A model generated the notes under the pieces. That model was given only the letters and a program-made list of their open reading frames with translations. It was not told the origin of the DNA and made no database searches. Both the position numbers and the translations under genes were made by a program. Source: Bugula neritina (lineage: Eukaryota > Animalia > Bryozoa). From it: a stretch of DNA of 64,000 bases. Below are positions 1 through 13,200 of the stretch, piece by piece. The DNA lies in the NCBI GenBank assembly GCA_964035545.1, contig OZ037765.1:9000698-9064697 (forward strand), in the 5' to 3' direction. The stretch's first letter is position 1, and every line of letters begins with the position of its first letter.

Positions 1-537
1 CCACCATGAGCTGCTAACTCCAAAGCACATTGTCGCAAAAAATACTCCAATCCAAGAATCCAAATTTCGATTACGTGTCAACTGGTTATGTTCAGCATCG
101 TGCATAAAGAATCCACATTGCTGCCAGAAAGCAGCAAGTGCTATTGCTCCAAATAGGCGATACGGTGATTCAACCCAACAAACGAGCCCCATGCATGTGC
201 CAAGCATACAAAAGGTTACTATTAACTTCCGGCAATACCAGTAATAATCCGTTTTAAAGTAGCCTTGTCGCTCAAACCATTCACCAAGATTAGCAAAAGC
301 TTCATTAATGGCATCCAATTCATGATTTACTTGCACTTTGGCTACAGGCTTTCGATGTTTTAAAATAATTGGTTTATGGAAAGCCTGAAAAACTGCAGAA
401 GCATCTTTTCCAACAAACCTGTTGATAGTTCCACCAGGGTGGTAGTCAATAAAATTTGTGATGTCATACCAATTCCCATCAACAGCTATTAGCTTCTTTT
501 CCGTAATTCCAGATTCACATAGACCCTTATCACCCAT
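1..537 (-). CDS. Cytochrome b5-fused front-end / sphingolipid delta-8-type fatty acid desaturase (5' part, continues off the window edge)
   Basis: Manual translation from ATG at 537 gives MGDKGLCESGITEKKLIAVDGNWYDITNFIDYHPGG...GKDASAVFQAFH (cytochrome b5 HPGG motif), then WQQCGFFMHDAEH (His box 1), ending GVSSSWW just before the expected His box 2. The frame is open for 179 codons. Confidence 0.9.
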   Translation of the reverse strand, partial: MGDKGLCESGITEKKLIAVDGNWYDITNFIDYHPGGTINRFVGKDASAVFQAFHKPIILKHRKPVAKVQVNHELDAINEAFANLGEWFERQGYFKTDYYWYCRKLIVTFCMLGTCMGLVCWVESPYRLFGAIALAAFWQQCGFFMHDAEHNQLTRNRNLDSWIGVFFATMCFGVSSSWW

Positions 538-3500
538 TTCAGTGATTTGAAAGACACTTTATTTGTATATTCAAAATTCATGCATTTACCTTGCACGCTG
601 AGTGTGAAAAATGAAGAGTGGTAGCAATGCATGTGTGTAACAGAAGCTGTAGCCTGTGATACCATTATTTTTAGTTGTACTAATATTTCATGATGATTAT
701 ATAGGTCAAATACAAAGTACATACAGCTTAGTATTACAAGTAATCAAGCCAACATTAATCATAATGGCAGCAACAGTTTATACAGACAGTATAATCTTTT
801 AACCTGTCATGGAAATTACTATTGGTCTAATAGTGGTTTGTTAGTAGCAGTGGTTAAGATGAACTCACTGACAAGGTTGCACTTTGAATAGACCATGTAA
901 GGACATTATGGGGCAAAACTTAAATTTTACCATGAAATGCAAACTTACATAATGAAAAATAATATAACTTTCTCAAATACAAAACAACAACAATTAATCC
1001 CTTGTTTAAAAGTTCCTTGCACTTTTAGCTTCTTCAAAAATAGTCAGAAATCAAAACCTAGTTTGTAGTAGATCAAAACCACTATGCTAGGTCAAAGTTT
1101 TTTTCATAATGAGTTCCAAAAAGATTTATTTTTCTATAAATTAATTTATATGCAATATTAGGCAGTTGACAGCTTTATGATGAAAGCTAATCAAGAAATG
1201 CAAACAAATTTACCAAAATACATATTGCTGCAACTCAATTTTATTTTTGCAAGCTATGTAGTAAATGCATTATTTAAAATATTTTATTTGGTAACAAATA
1301 ACTGATAGCTACCGAGACTGTTTTCAAAATTAATTTTTTTGAATAAATGGGTACAAAAACAAACAAACTTTGAAATGTGTTCATTTTTTGTGTTTACTAT
1401 ATGCACACATGTGCATTAAAAGTTTTGAAACACTTTAAAACTGGAAATCAATTACAAAACATCTACAAAAATCTCTTTTTACTATAATGTGCTGTAAAAG
1501 TGCACATATGAAAATTGTTTGAAGGTAGCATGGAGATGGAAAACCAAAACATACAAATATGTATGTGCATATTTTACAAGTTTTGTGGGCTTGAACATGC
1601 TTAATATAAAGTAATCAAAAATGTGGTTTAATTTTGTTAGTAGAAAATATAAGTTTTAAGTATACGCAAGAAAGTCATTGAGCAATATTACAACCTTACA
1701 TCTGTATAAGCTCAAAAAATGCTACAATAAATCATAAAGTAAAGCAGAGCCATGTCAGTTAAATAGCCACTGTGCTATACCGCGATACGCTAAAAAGTTG
1801 CATTTGTTCACACTCTATAAAGGTTAATGCAGTTAAATATTATTTCTGAAAGCAATAGGAATGGGCCGTCATAAATCATTCACTTTGCTTATGCTTTGCA
1901 ACTAAATGCAAGCAAAACCAAACGCACCATAACCACACTAACTTTCACTCAAGCGTATTTGGTCCTAATAGGAACAGATATAACTTTGCTACAAAGAGCA
2001 GAAAAAAATTATTTTGTTCTAAACTTTCTATTTAAATTAGGTATTTTTATTGTGCAATACTTGTGCTTAATAAAACTTCGAATTTTTTCATTAAAAGTGC
2101 TTGGTCAACTTCCAACCAAACATCTTCCCACATTCTTTATTTTCTCTTTAGCCAGAATATAAGGCAAAATTTGCCCACAAAGTAGATCAAGATGCTTAGT
2201 AATAATAACCATATAATATAACGATAAAAGTAGGACTTGCATTATCTAACTACTATAGGCTATATTATTGTTTGAGCTAAATTTCAAATAGAAGTGCCGA
2301 TTAAATTTACGCACCACTTTAATTTAAACTCTGCTTACTTCCAAAATTGCCTCAGTCCTAGCTTGTAGTGTTGACTTTTTGATTACTTCCAACTTCTATT
2401 GCTTTAAAATCAGATAACAATTGATTGATAATGCCCAGTCACAGGATTTTTGAAGGTGAAAATATTATTTCCAAGTCTTACTACACTAACAAAAAATATG
2501 AAGATGGTGTATAGTTACCATACTTACATGTTGCAGCAAAGCGAACATTGGCTCACAATAGCTATTTGTATTATATAGAAAAAAGAGCTTACAGACACAT
2601 TCTATTATAAGAGAGGTGGCTGGTTATTTATTAAATGTGCGCTCATATATTTAAATCGTATCATTGCATACATTTTTATTAAATAAATGTATTATATAGA
2701 TCTATAATAAACAGATAGAAAATATTAATGATAGTGAGCCCTTCAATATTTTACAAGTCAGCAACTTTTTAAATTATCAGTTCTATTGGCCAAATTTAAA
2801 ACACGGTTAGTATTATTTTGCAAGTTGTCAGAGCTAGACCAGTTTTGTGAAACCTTAATGCAACACTTTTAGATTAATTTATTATTGAGAAGGTCAGAAA
2901 TACATGGTTGTACCAAGTCAGACCATAGTTTTAAAATTATAAATATTAACTATAACTACAATTCAAATAATTGTTGTATTCATAGACAGTATATTTATGA
3001 TCACCAACAGTCAGCATTCAATGAAAGTGATATATTATTGGCTGAATATGTGAATACAGAGACGAACCAAATGCATTTGACGAGACAGCAAGCATTGAAT
3101 GTTTGATGTGGACTGTTATAGTCTGTAAATAGCTCTTTACTATTTTCATCATTAGTATTTTTTCATACTTTTTATTTCCATATAAATAAAAGTCTCAAAC
3201 TTTGTGAGAACTCCTGATGGGTTTATAGCTTTCTTGGCACAATATTGACCCTGCTGAAACTATATACACAGCTTACTATGGCTAACTATATTGTAGTAGT
3301 TTTGCTGAAGTCATGCACTCAAAAAATGCTAAAAAGTTTGGTATATGAGAGTATTGAGCAAGGCTTGGGATCTTAACTACAACTAAAATCAATTAGTACC
3401 CGTAATATAGATTGCCAAGTTGCTATGTATTTGTGTGGTTAAAGTTGATAGTGCAAAGCTGCAAAATGTTAATTAGGAATATTATATGGTTGTTTTGATG

Positions 3501-5354
3501 AAAACAAATTTCTTCAGCTAAAAGATGCACACTCCTAACATAACAGGCTTTGCAAATAAATAACGTAAAACTCCCAGGTATATACAGACTAAAGATAACT
3601 CACCATTATAACTCATAAGATTTTGCAAACTCAACTACAAAAGCATGTTTTAAAAAAATTAGTTATGTGACTTTTGCTAAATTATGCATTATTTTTAATA
3701 TCTTAAATTTTCGAACATTAAGTTCGTTTTTTCAAAATTATTATTTAAATGTTTTTAAACTGTAATTGAAAACTGTATATCTGTAAATAAAGCTTAGAAA
3801 AATTCAACCCAACATAAAAGTTGTTGATTCATAGAAAAGAATAGAACTTGTGGCTTTTCATTGATGTAATGTAAATGAGTTAGTTGTCAGGCAGTCGGGC
3901 AATGACACTAGAACTTGCACTCGAAATTGGTCTGTTGATAGATGCAACTGATTGACACATTCATGATAAAATAGGCCATAAGGCTATCAATTAGCACCAG
4001 TATTCTAAACCCATTGTACTGAATGAAATGTTGCCATGGCCACTGCAATGTAATGTGCTGTGCTTCTAGCAACAATCAACTAACATTCAGTCCTGACCTA
4101 TAAACTTTCATCTTGGTGCTTGCATTTGCTTTATACATTTAAATATTAAAAAGAAAAACCTGATTTTAATACCACCAAAAAATTCTTATTAACTAACACG
4201 GTTTATAAAGCACACTGCTGCCTAGGCTAATGACTAATTTGATATGATGGCAAAGAGACATAAAAAAAAAAATTTTTAATTTGTTTTGATATCATATCAA
4301 TACACTTGTTCTAGTAAACTGCTTCATAGAAATGAAATTGTTGAGTCAATATTTTAAGGGTCTAAATAATATGAGTCAAACTAATTTGCTGTTCAAAGCT
4401 TTTGAATCAAAGCAAAACCCAAATGCATTTGTTGTATTATTAACTTGTCTAAATTTTCTGGCTGCAATACTGGATTATGTGGTTATTGTAGACATAATTA
4501 TATGTTGAATGAACAAAAATTCAGCATTATTTAGATAAACTGATGTCTGGGCGATTAGTCACAAATATTACAGGGTTTGCTGGCATTTAGAAACCTCATA
4601 TATTTTGTAATGTTGTTTAATATTACCAGCTATAACATACTAGCTATAGTAGAGTTATCCATAAACTATACCCTGAAGTCATATATGGCTTTTTTAGTGA
4701 TTGCAAACTGCACATTCACATTAGTTATATCTATATCACTGTAACCCATGCACTACTTGTAATTTTCTGTGCAGGTTATTTAAAAAAGAAGTTGCACAAG
4801 ATAGTGATAACCAACAAATAAACGGTAGGGAATAAGGTATGCACTCATATCCACTATATGTAGCTGCTGTTGAGCAAGTATAAAACTACCAATAATTAAA
4901 AAAATAACTACGATTATAGTAGAATACAATACAATTTAGTAAATTATGACATAGATGCAAAAAATGCTGCTTTTCAGCCAATTCCAAGCTTTAGAGAATA
5001 ACTGCAAAAACAGAAATTGTCCGCCCACTAAATAATGCTCACCTAGGAAAATAATGCTTTTCCTAGCATCACCAATCATTGGTGGTGCTAAAAAGAGCAT
5101 CCACTTCCAGTAATAATTTATCACCAGTCACATACGAATAATATTAATATGAGTATGTCCTTAGCCTGCTTTAAAAAACCTTTTCACTGGGGTTCATCAC
5201 AGGAATGGTGATTCTAATTATAAATTTGGGTGAGTTTTTACTACTATTGGTGTTACTAATAGTATTACTAATAGTTATATACTAATAATAATAATAATAA
5301 TATAACATTGATATCAATTATTAGTATTACTGGTAGTGATACTGATAATGATTA

Positions 5355-7993
5355 GGAGTAACGGGAGGGGGGGTACAACAGTCATAGGGGTACAAAAAGT
5401 CGGTCAAATTGTGAGAGAACTTATTGACTTGAAGTTATGATTTGTTTTTAATAAAAAGATATTGACTTAATTATTCAGCCATTTTAGTTTCAACACTTGC
5501 GGAGCATACATGTTGAAGAAGCGAGTCAAAAACTGTTTTTACCTTTTTTTTTATAAATTTTTTCAAGATGTCATTAAAGCTTTATAACTTTTTACACACA
5601 AAGGTAACAAACTTAGTTTTTTAATGATAATGTTGTCATTGCTTGTCTCTACATTGCTTAACTAGTAGAGGTAATGGGGGGGAGGGGGCACAACCGGCCG
5701 AATTTTGCATTTGTTGCTCCCATTCATCTGTTTTTCAAGTTACTAGTTCAATAATCTGTAGTCTTAACGCTGCATCTGTTGTCTATTACAGGTACCAGTT
5801 TGTTGTTTCCATCTCTCTCACAACTTTCAGAATAATGAAATTTTCATGATGAAAAAATTGGCCCATTGTGCCCCGGTACCGGGGTACAATGGGCCACTAG
5901 GTGGGACACAACAAATATATTGAAACTTTGCGTATTTTGTTACATCTGATCTTTATTTATTTAATATTACAAATAAATAAAGATACTTTTTCAGATCTAC
6001 AGCAAAATTCATGTTTTAGCTGAACAGTTTGTGCCACTATGGATAGGAGAGAAAGGCAAAATCAAACGCACATCACTCGGTTCTACAGTGCCATTATCGT
6101 TACTGTTTAGAACTAAAAATATTCTTTTATTTTCACTTCAGAAGAACTTGTATCCAAAAAAAACTTTAGTAACATGTACTACAAAATTCTGAGTAGACTT
6201 TTTTCTATGAACTGTAGCTAAGGTGCATGGCTGAGGTTTGTGACTGGAGTACGGAAGGGAAGGGGGGAGCAAATGGGCAAATCACAATTTATTTTAGTCA
6301 AATACATGTATATTCCCTCAATGGTGTAATATATTATAATGAATATCATGACTATCTCATAGTAGCAACAGCAGAGTGTTTTGTATTATGTATAAAATGG
6401 CAAAGCTTTAACCTCACCAAATGTATATATTTGGGGAGCTTCAACTTGTAGTTTTTTAGTCTTACCATGTCTTTGATATTTTACAAAAAGGTCAGAAATA
6501 GCTATATCTATAGATTTTAGTAACATTTCAACCAACTTTTTGGGCAAACAAACTAATAACAATGATCAGGGTGCAATAATCAAGTGGCCCATTGTGCCCC
6601 GTGTGGCCAAATTGAAAATAAATGTGCCTCAAAGAAAATTTATTTTAGAGTTCGCTTTTATACTAGTTAAGCAATGTAGAGACAAGCAATGGCAACAATA
6701 TTAGTAAAATAATATAGGGTTCTTGCCTTTGAGTGTAAAAAGTTATAAAGCTTTAACGACATCCTAAAAAATTTACAAAAAGTAGGTAAAAACAGTTTTT
6801 TACTCGCCTTTTCAACACGTATGTTCCGCAAGTGTTGAAACTACAAAGGCTGAATAATTATGTCAATATTTTTTTATGAAAAAAAATCACAACTCTAAGT
6901 CAATAAGCTCTCTCACAATTTGGCCGGCTTTTTGTATCCCTATGACCGTTGTGCCCCCCCCCCCCCCCCCGTTACCCCTATAATAGCAAATTCTAAAATA
7001 AATTTTCCTTGAGCCACATTTATTTTCGACTTGACCACACGGGGCTCAATGGGCCGCGCTGATCGGGGCACAATAAGCCACCTGACCATTGCACCCTAAT
7101 CACTGTGATAAGTAGTTTGTTTGCCTAAAAAAAATTAGTTGAAATGCTAATAAAATCTATAGATATAACCATTTCTGACGGTTTTGTAAAATATCAAAAA
7201 CAGCATGGTAAGACTACCAAACTACAAGGTTAAGCTGCCTTAATATATACATCTGGTGAGGTTATAACTTTGCCATTTTATACATGTATCATACAAAGCA
7301 CTCTGCTGTTGTTACTAATGGATAGTTACGATGTTCATTAGCCTAACATTATATTATTGAGAGAATATACTTGTATTTGACTAAAATAAATTACGATTTG
7401 CTCATTTCCTCTCCTCTCCCCCCCCCCCTCCACACCCCAGCCACAAACTTTAGCTACCTTATCTACAGTTCATAGAAAAAAGTCCACCTGGAAGTTTGTA
7501 GCACATGTTACTAAAGATTTTTCTGATGAAAGTTCCTGTGAAGGGGAAATAGAAAACACATTTTTAGTTTTAAGCAGTAATGAGTGGTGTGCGTTTGATT
7601 TTGCCTCCTGCTGCTCGCTGTGGTGGCACAAACTAAAACTGTACAGCTAAAACATGATTTTCGCTGTAGATCTGAAAGAGTATTTTTATTTACTAGTGTA
7701 TAATAAATAAATAAATATCAGATGCAACCAAATCAGCAAAGTTTCAATATATTTGGTGTGTCCCACCCAGTGGCCCATTGTACCCGGTACCAGGGCACAG
7801 AGGGCCAGTTCTTCGTCATGAAAATTTTATTATTCTGAAGGTTGTGAAAGAGACAGAAACAACAAACTGATACCTATGATAGACAACTGGTGTAGCATTT
7901 AGACTAGAGATTATTGAACTAGTAACTTGAAACACGGACGAATGAGAGCAAAAAATTCAAAATTCAGCCCATTGTGCCCCCCCCCCCCACCCT
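5355..7993. mobile_element. Non-autonomous TIR DNA transposon (Tc1/mariner/pogo-like, TA target), outer copy split by a second copy of the same family
   Basis: Ends are TA|GGAGTAACGGG..GGTACAAC and TTGTGCCCC..CCT|TA. Segments 5355-5667 plus 6979-7993 are the reverse-complement homologue of the inner copy 5668-6978. No transposase ORF. Confidence 0.75.
5668..6978. mobile_element. Inner copy of the same TIR element, opposite orientation, flanked by a TA duplication
   Basis: actagTA[GAGGTAATGGGG..GGCACAAC ... GTTGTGCCCC..CGTTACCCC]TAtaatagc. Repeated GGGGCACAATGGGCC-type motifs occur inside, including a palindrome at about 5860-5895. Confidence 0.8.
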
Positions 7994-8154
7994 TACAAAA
8001 GAGCATTCAATTTCGCTACCCGAACACAGAACAGGACAAAGCGGAGATAGGTGATGGGTGAGAAAAATTCAATTTCAAAATAAAACGAAACACTAATTAT
8101 TAAATTTATTTAGGCTAACAGCAATATTACATTTTTACACATGTAGTAAAAATT

Positions 8155-8500
8155 ACTTACACAATTACACTGTATGTCACTGTTACAGAGCCTGGCAAAG
8201 TGGCTTTCCTAGCACAAACGTGACTGTGGCATAAACTTGAAGCTGGCTCTTGCGCGGTCTGCTCGAAGTTATAGTCCTGCGCAGTGAACAAAATCTTCGT
8301 GATCCGCAGTGAGTTAAAGCTATATCTCAATGATGACCCCACTGTTTATTTCAATCAATTACGCCCGCTTGATTGTGAAAATGAGTCGTGGTTATCGGAC
8401 TAAGTACTAGAGATGGCGGGAATATGTCTATGGCTCGCGGCATAAGCATTGTGATTGTTCTCATTCGTTCGCTGTACCAACGAACCTCAGGGTAGGTAAG
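8155..8500. promoter_or_regulatory. Probable bidirectional promoter (desaturase side / CDT1) with an E2F-like site
   Basis: Locally CpG-richer island. Outward-facing splice donors lie at 8155-8160 (GTAAGT on -) and about 8492-8500 (GTAGGTAAG on +). TGGCGGGAA at 8414-8422 matches the E2F consensus, which fits CDT1 being an E2F target. Confidence 0.6.
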
Positions 8501-8654
8501 CTGCGTTGGTTAAACTAAACACATTCATATTGCCATTGTGATTGTGGTTGCATGTAAAATCCAAAGATTAAAATATAAGTATTTGCTACCAGGTAAGATA
8601 AATTTCCGAGACTTATCACTTATCAGTAAGACTAAGTGTAACTAGTTCACTAAC

Positions 8655-8673
8655 TAGTAACTACTACTACCAG

Positions 8674-8728
<55 letters not shown>

Positions 8729-8770
8729 GTACTACTACTACTAGTAGTAGTAGTAGTAGTAATACTACTA
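8655..8770. repeat. (ACT)n microsatellite followed by inverted (AGT)n
   Basis: Read directly from the sequence. Confidence 0.9.
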
Positions 8771-10208
8771 GTAATACCTGATTCAATCAGTAATTGTAAA
8801 TGTAACACTATCACTATGACTAACGTCTAGCACTAGGCCTAACGGCTAACAGTAACACTAACAGTTAGTAAAACTATCACTATGAGTATGATTGTCCTAG
8901 TAACGCTTAGTCTTACTCTTAGTCGTACAGTTTCAGTTTGAGTTACTCTTGGTCTTACTAATACTAAGCCCTAAGGCTAAGGCCTTCTTAGTCTTACTCT
9001 TATACTTATAGTTACAGTAACTTGTAAGTCAAAGTGAAAGTGTAACAAAAATTGAGTATCATTATGATTGTCATCTATCAGTAAGTGTAACACTAACTAC
9101 CAGTAACTATAATTAAATCAAAATGTAAGGCTAAACGAGTCTGACTATGAGTATCAGTATGAGTATGAGTATCACCAACTGACAATGCCGATGAGTATGA
9201 CTGAATGAGTATGACTATTACTATTAGTATTAGTATTAGCATTGGCTATGCTAGTATCAGTACGTATGAGTATGTCTATGATGCCCCCTAGGCCCTATGT
9301 TAATGTATAAGTTGCTAGGAGTATGAGTATCAGTATGACTATGAGTATGATAAATATCAATCATTACATTTACTGTTTAGTTTCACCATAGCAGTTACTA
9401 TTCTAGTTTAGTTTAGTTTTATATTACGATTATTATAATTTATTTGTGTTTATTGATTATCATTATGATTATGATTATGATTATGATCACTTTCAGGATG
9501 AGTATCACTACGAGTATAACTATGACTCTGAGTATCAGTATCACTGACTAGGTGACTTAAACTATTAGTATGAGTATTTATTGCTATTTGCTATTAGAAT
9601 AGTAGTACATACTAGTAGTATTACTAGTATAATAAATATAATAATTATTAATTCACTTTTAGTAATAGTGTAGGGGTTACTATCGTTACGTACACAAAAT
9701 TAATAACAAATTAGTCCACTGGATAATCACTTATATGATACTAGTTTTACTTATGTTTTTGCATCCCAGCATGTATTTATCACACTTCTCATGTAACCTA
9801 TTGATCAATGTTTTATATTAATCTTTTATTTATTGTGATAAGTGTGTTAATATTTATTTTTGTATAATCATTCAACACGCTACTATTTTTTGCTTTTATT
9901 TTGACCAAGGTTTGATATTAATCATAATGAAGAGTGCAAGTTACTTGTGAACAGTACTGTGTGACTCATGGAATAAATAATGACTAAATATCAAAAATAT
10001 ATGTATTTTACTTAATTTATATTAAATTTGATGTGTATGAAACAACTTATTTGATGTGTACAAAGCGACATGAAAAGTGGGTACACAATATGAATATGAA
10101 GTATTGGATGCTACAACTTCAAATATATACTACTATCAAACTCATCTTATTCAATGCCATGTTGTCAGTGCTACTTTTTTATTACAGTGTTGGCCTATCA
10201 GTATCATC

Positions 10209-13200
10209 ATGGCGCAAGGAAAAGTTACTGATTTTTTCGAAGTAAAGAAAAGAAGTTCCGCTAAGCGACAAAAGGTATAACAATTAATATTTAGATTTCC
10301 ATAACATATGTTTATAATTATCAATACGCGAGACATCATTATTACTTATCATTGTGAAGTAAATGTTCTGATGCTAGGTTCAAATTTTTAATGTGCACGT
10401 TAAGCATAATAAAGGACAAACATTATTTAAAAATTGAGCACATGCTACTTCTGTGCCTATGGCACCACTTTACCCTATAGTATTACTAGTTGATTTGAAT
10501 TGGATCTGATATTGATGTAAGTAATTCAAATTTATTGCAGACTAATCTTGAGTCTTTATTGCTTTGAAAATGTGTAGGTAATGGCATTATCCTTTAATTG
10601 GCCAGCATACCTAACCATTTTCCTTGTGTTTCATATTTTCAGTATTCTGTTACTTTATTAGGTAAATGGTGATCATAGTATTAATGCACAAGCACTTCAC
10701 GAGAAGTCCAAGGTACAGAGTCACACTACAGCACCAGCTTCACGCCCGCCTCGGGTATCTAAGTGCAGTGCTTTTAGTGGCCCCCAATCTTCAGCTTTTA
10801 AAGGCAGACAGACTCTAAACATCCAAACACGATCTGTTAGTCGGAAAAGAAAAGCTGTAGAGCAGGTACCTATCAGTTACATAAATGATGAGTTAAAAGC
10901 ATGTCTATTTGAAATGAAACAAAACACATTAAAGTTAGAAAAAACTATGCCACATTCTATCTTGATAAAAGCAGAAATTATCAAAATATTCATTCCTTGG
11001 CAAAAACTTGATATCTTGCTTGAACCACACTAAAATTTCAGCATGTTATTTTCAAAGTGCATAGGATTAATCAGAGGGCATTTCTTTAGGAAGATGATTC
11101 TACATCTCGCAGTGTGGAGTCTAATAGTTTATCAGCTGCTCCTACTACAGTCTCTTCTAATTTGACTGCACCATCTGCCGCGGTGACAGAAATAACTTCA
11201 AAATGTAATGACCTTTCAGACAGAAAGGTTTGTATTTGTTTTGATTTTGTACAATTATTGTCCCTAATTTATTTGTGTCATGTAAGGTTGTTTTTACGCT
11301 GTTCTGTTCCTATAAGATTTGCTCTTTCTCCTCCATTCGGGTTCCTACTTTACTAACAACTTCTGTAACAAATGCAAACTGTTTTAGTAGCTCTTTCATT
11401 CACCTCTCCTTCCATTGTTTCTTCAGGCTGACACACATGTGGGTTGCAAGTTCAATGGAAAAGTGGAGGAAAAGTTTAAGGCTGATGATGAGAAAACTGT
11501 TTCGATCCCTCATGTTGAGACTGAGACAACTGAACTCAAGTTTGTTTGAAATAATAATTATTTTCAGAACCATTTTTGTTTTATCACTGTTTTTCCAAGC
11601 TTCGCATTATGCGAATGAATTTTTCATTCAGTATTTGGGAATAGTTGCATCGAATGAAACCATAACCGTTAGTTCATGCAAACAGCAACTACAATTCATC
11701 TTATGAGCATCCATTCGCACAAGCATAAGCATAATGCGATGTAATTGAAATGCAGTAAGTGATAACTGATTATCTAGTCTGTAAGCTTGGACGGTTATCA
11801 TCCTTGGAGATGGATTCTTCCTCAGCACTGTAATGGAAACGCAGTATGTATGTAAGCCTTTCAGGCAATAGTTCAGTTTAGACTTCGCTTGATCCAAACA
11901 GCATGTAAAGAAATCTGCAAAAAAGACAAGAGCTCTTTTAGGTTTTTAGCCTTGTGTTGTAAATCCATGATGCATGTGGGGAATTTTTGTATTCTGTAGG
12001 TCAACAATTCCAGCTTACAAAAGGTACAAGGGTTTAGCAGCAAAGATACCAGCTTCTCTGACACTACCTTCTCACTACAAACTGTTGAAGGACATGTTCA
12101 GTTGTTGTGATACGGTGGTGAGTCTGTTGTACAACCGATCAGAGTGCTGTACTTTTGACAAACTCAAAAAAGCTGTTCAGGACATGCTACGAAGGTATGT
12201 CCCAGTCCACCATACAGTTTTATCAGTATTGAGTAAATTAACCATTTCTTCTACAATATGCTATAACCATGTTAGTTTGTGAGCTGAATTTTTGTTTTTG
12301 ATTACACATACAGATTTAATGTAATGTAAGTATTTGCGCTGTAATTTTTGCTCTGTTCCTATCTTAGCAAAAGACAGAATGGCTGGTTTTCATCAGGTTT
12401 GTATTCAGAAGTTAAAGTAATCCAGGAAAATTGGTTTTCTAGATTAGTTTAACTAACAGTAATTAATGAAACCTTATACCTATTTAGGAAATTTGAGGCA
12501 AAGCATTTGGCTCAGATAAAGGCGGTGTATCCAGATTCATATAAAATACAGCAGGAGAAGAGTAATGTTGAGAATGGCCAGCGGAGTAATGACTATCAGA
12601 TGACTATACAACCTATTATTCATGGTGAGCTTTTTAAATATAGCTCATATTTTTCAACTGCATTGATTGGCATCTCTAAGTACTGCTTGATTGATTAAAC
12701 TTGTGTTTAACTTGTATATTCAGTTGACGAAAACAACAGACATGTTTCCAAGCGAAAAGATGGTCATCCTGTATTTAGTAGCAGTGAAATATCCAGGAGA
12801 AAAGAAACATTCCGGATGCTTCTTTTTGGTATTGTGAAAGATCATCATCAGGTAAAAGTTATTGCCATTTATTTTTCTTTGGCTGCGTTTTAATTAGAGT
12901 TTTTTGTGTCTTGTCTATCAGTTTATTCAGACACTCAGTGTAATTGCATGTGCCTGTAGAGTTTCCTTCGATCAATGAAGCTACCTATAGAAATTGACAG
13001 TAGTAAACTAACTCGATGGCATCATGATTTTTTGGTGGAAAATGTGCCAGAGATTGAGCCTGCCAGTTTGCCAGTTCCACCAGAACCAGCTTCTCAACTA
13101 GTAACAGCTAGAGACGTATTAGATGCAGCATGCGGTAAACTGCCTTCAAGGGTGAGTAGTCCTATCTCAATATTGTTTCTGTGAAGTTCAAGCAGCTTAG

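Noticed and set aside
8157-8342. 61-aa ORF ending at a splice donor
   Set aside because: No homology recognised; it may be a 5' UTR exon. It cannot be linked in frame to the desaturase.
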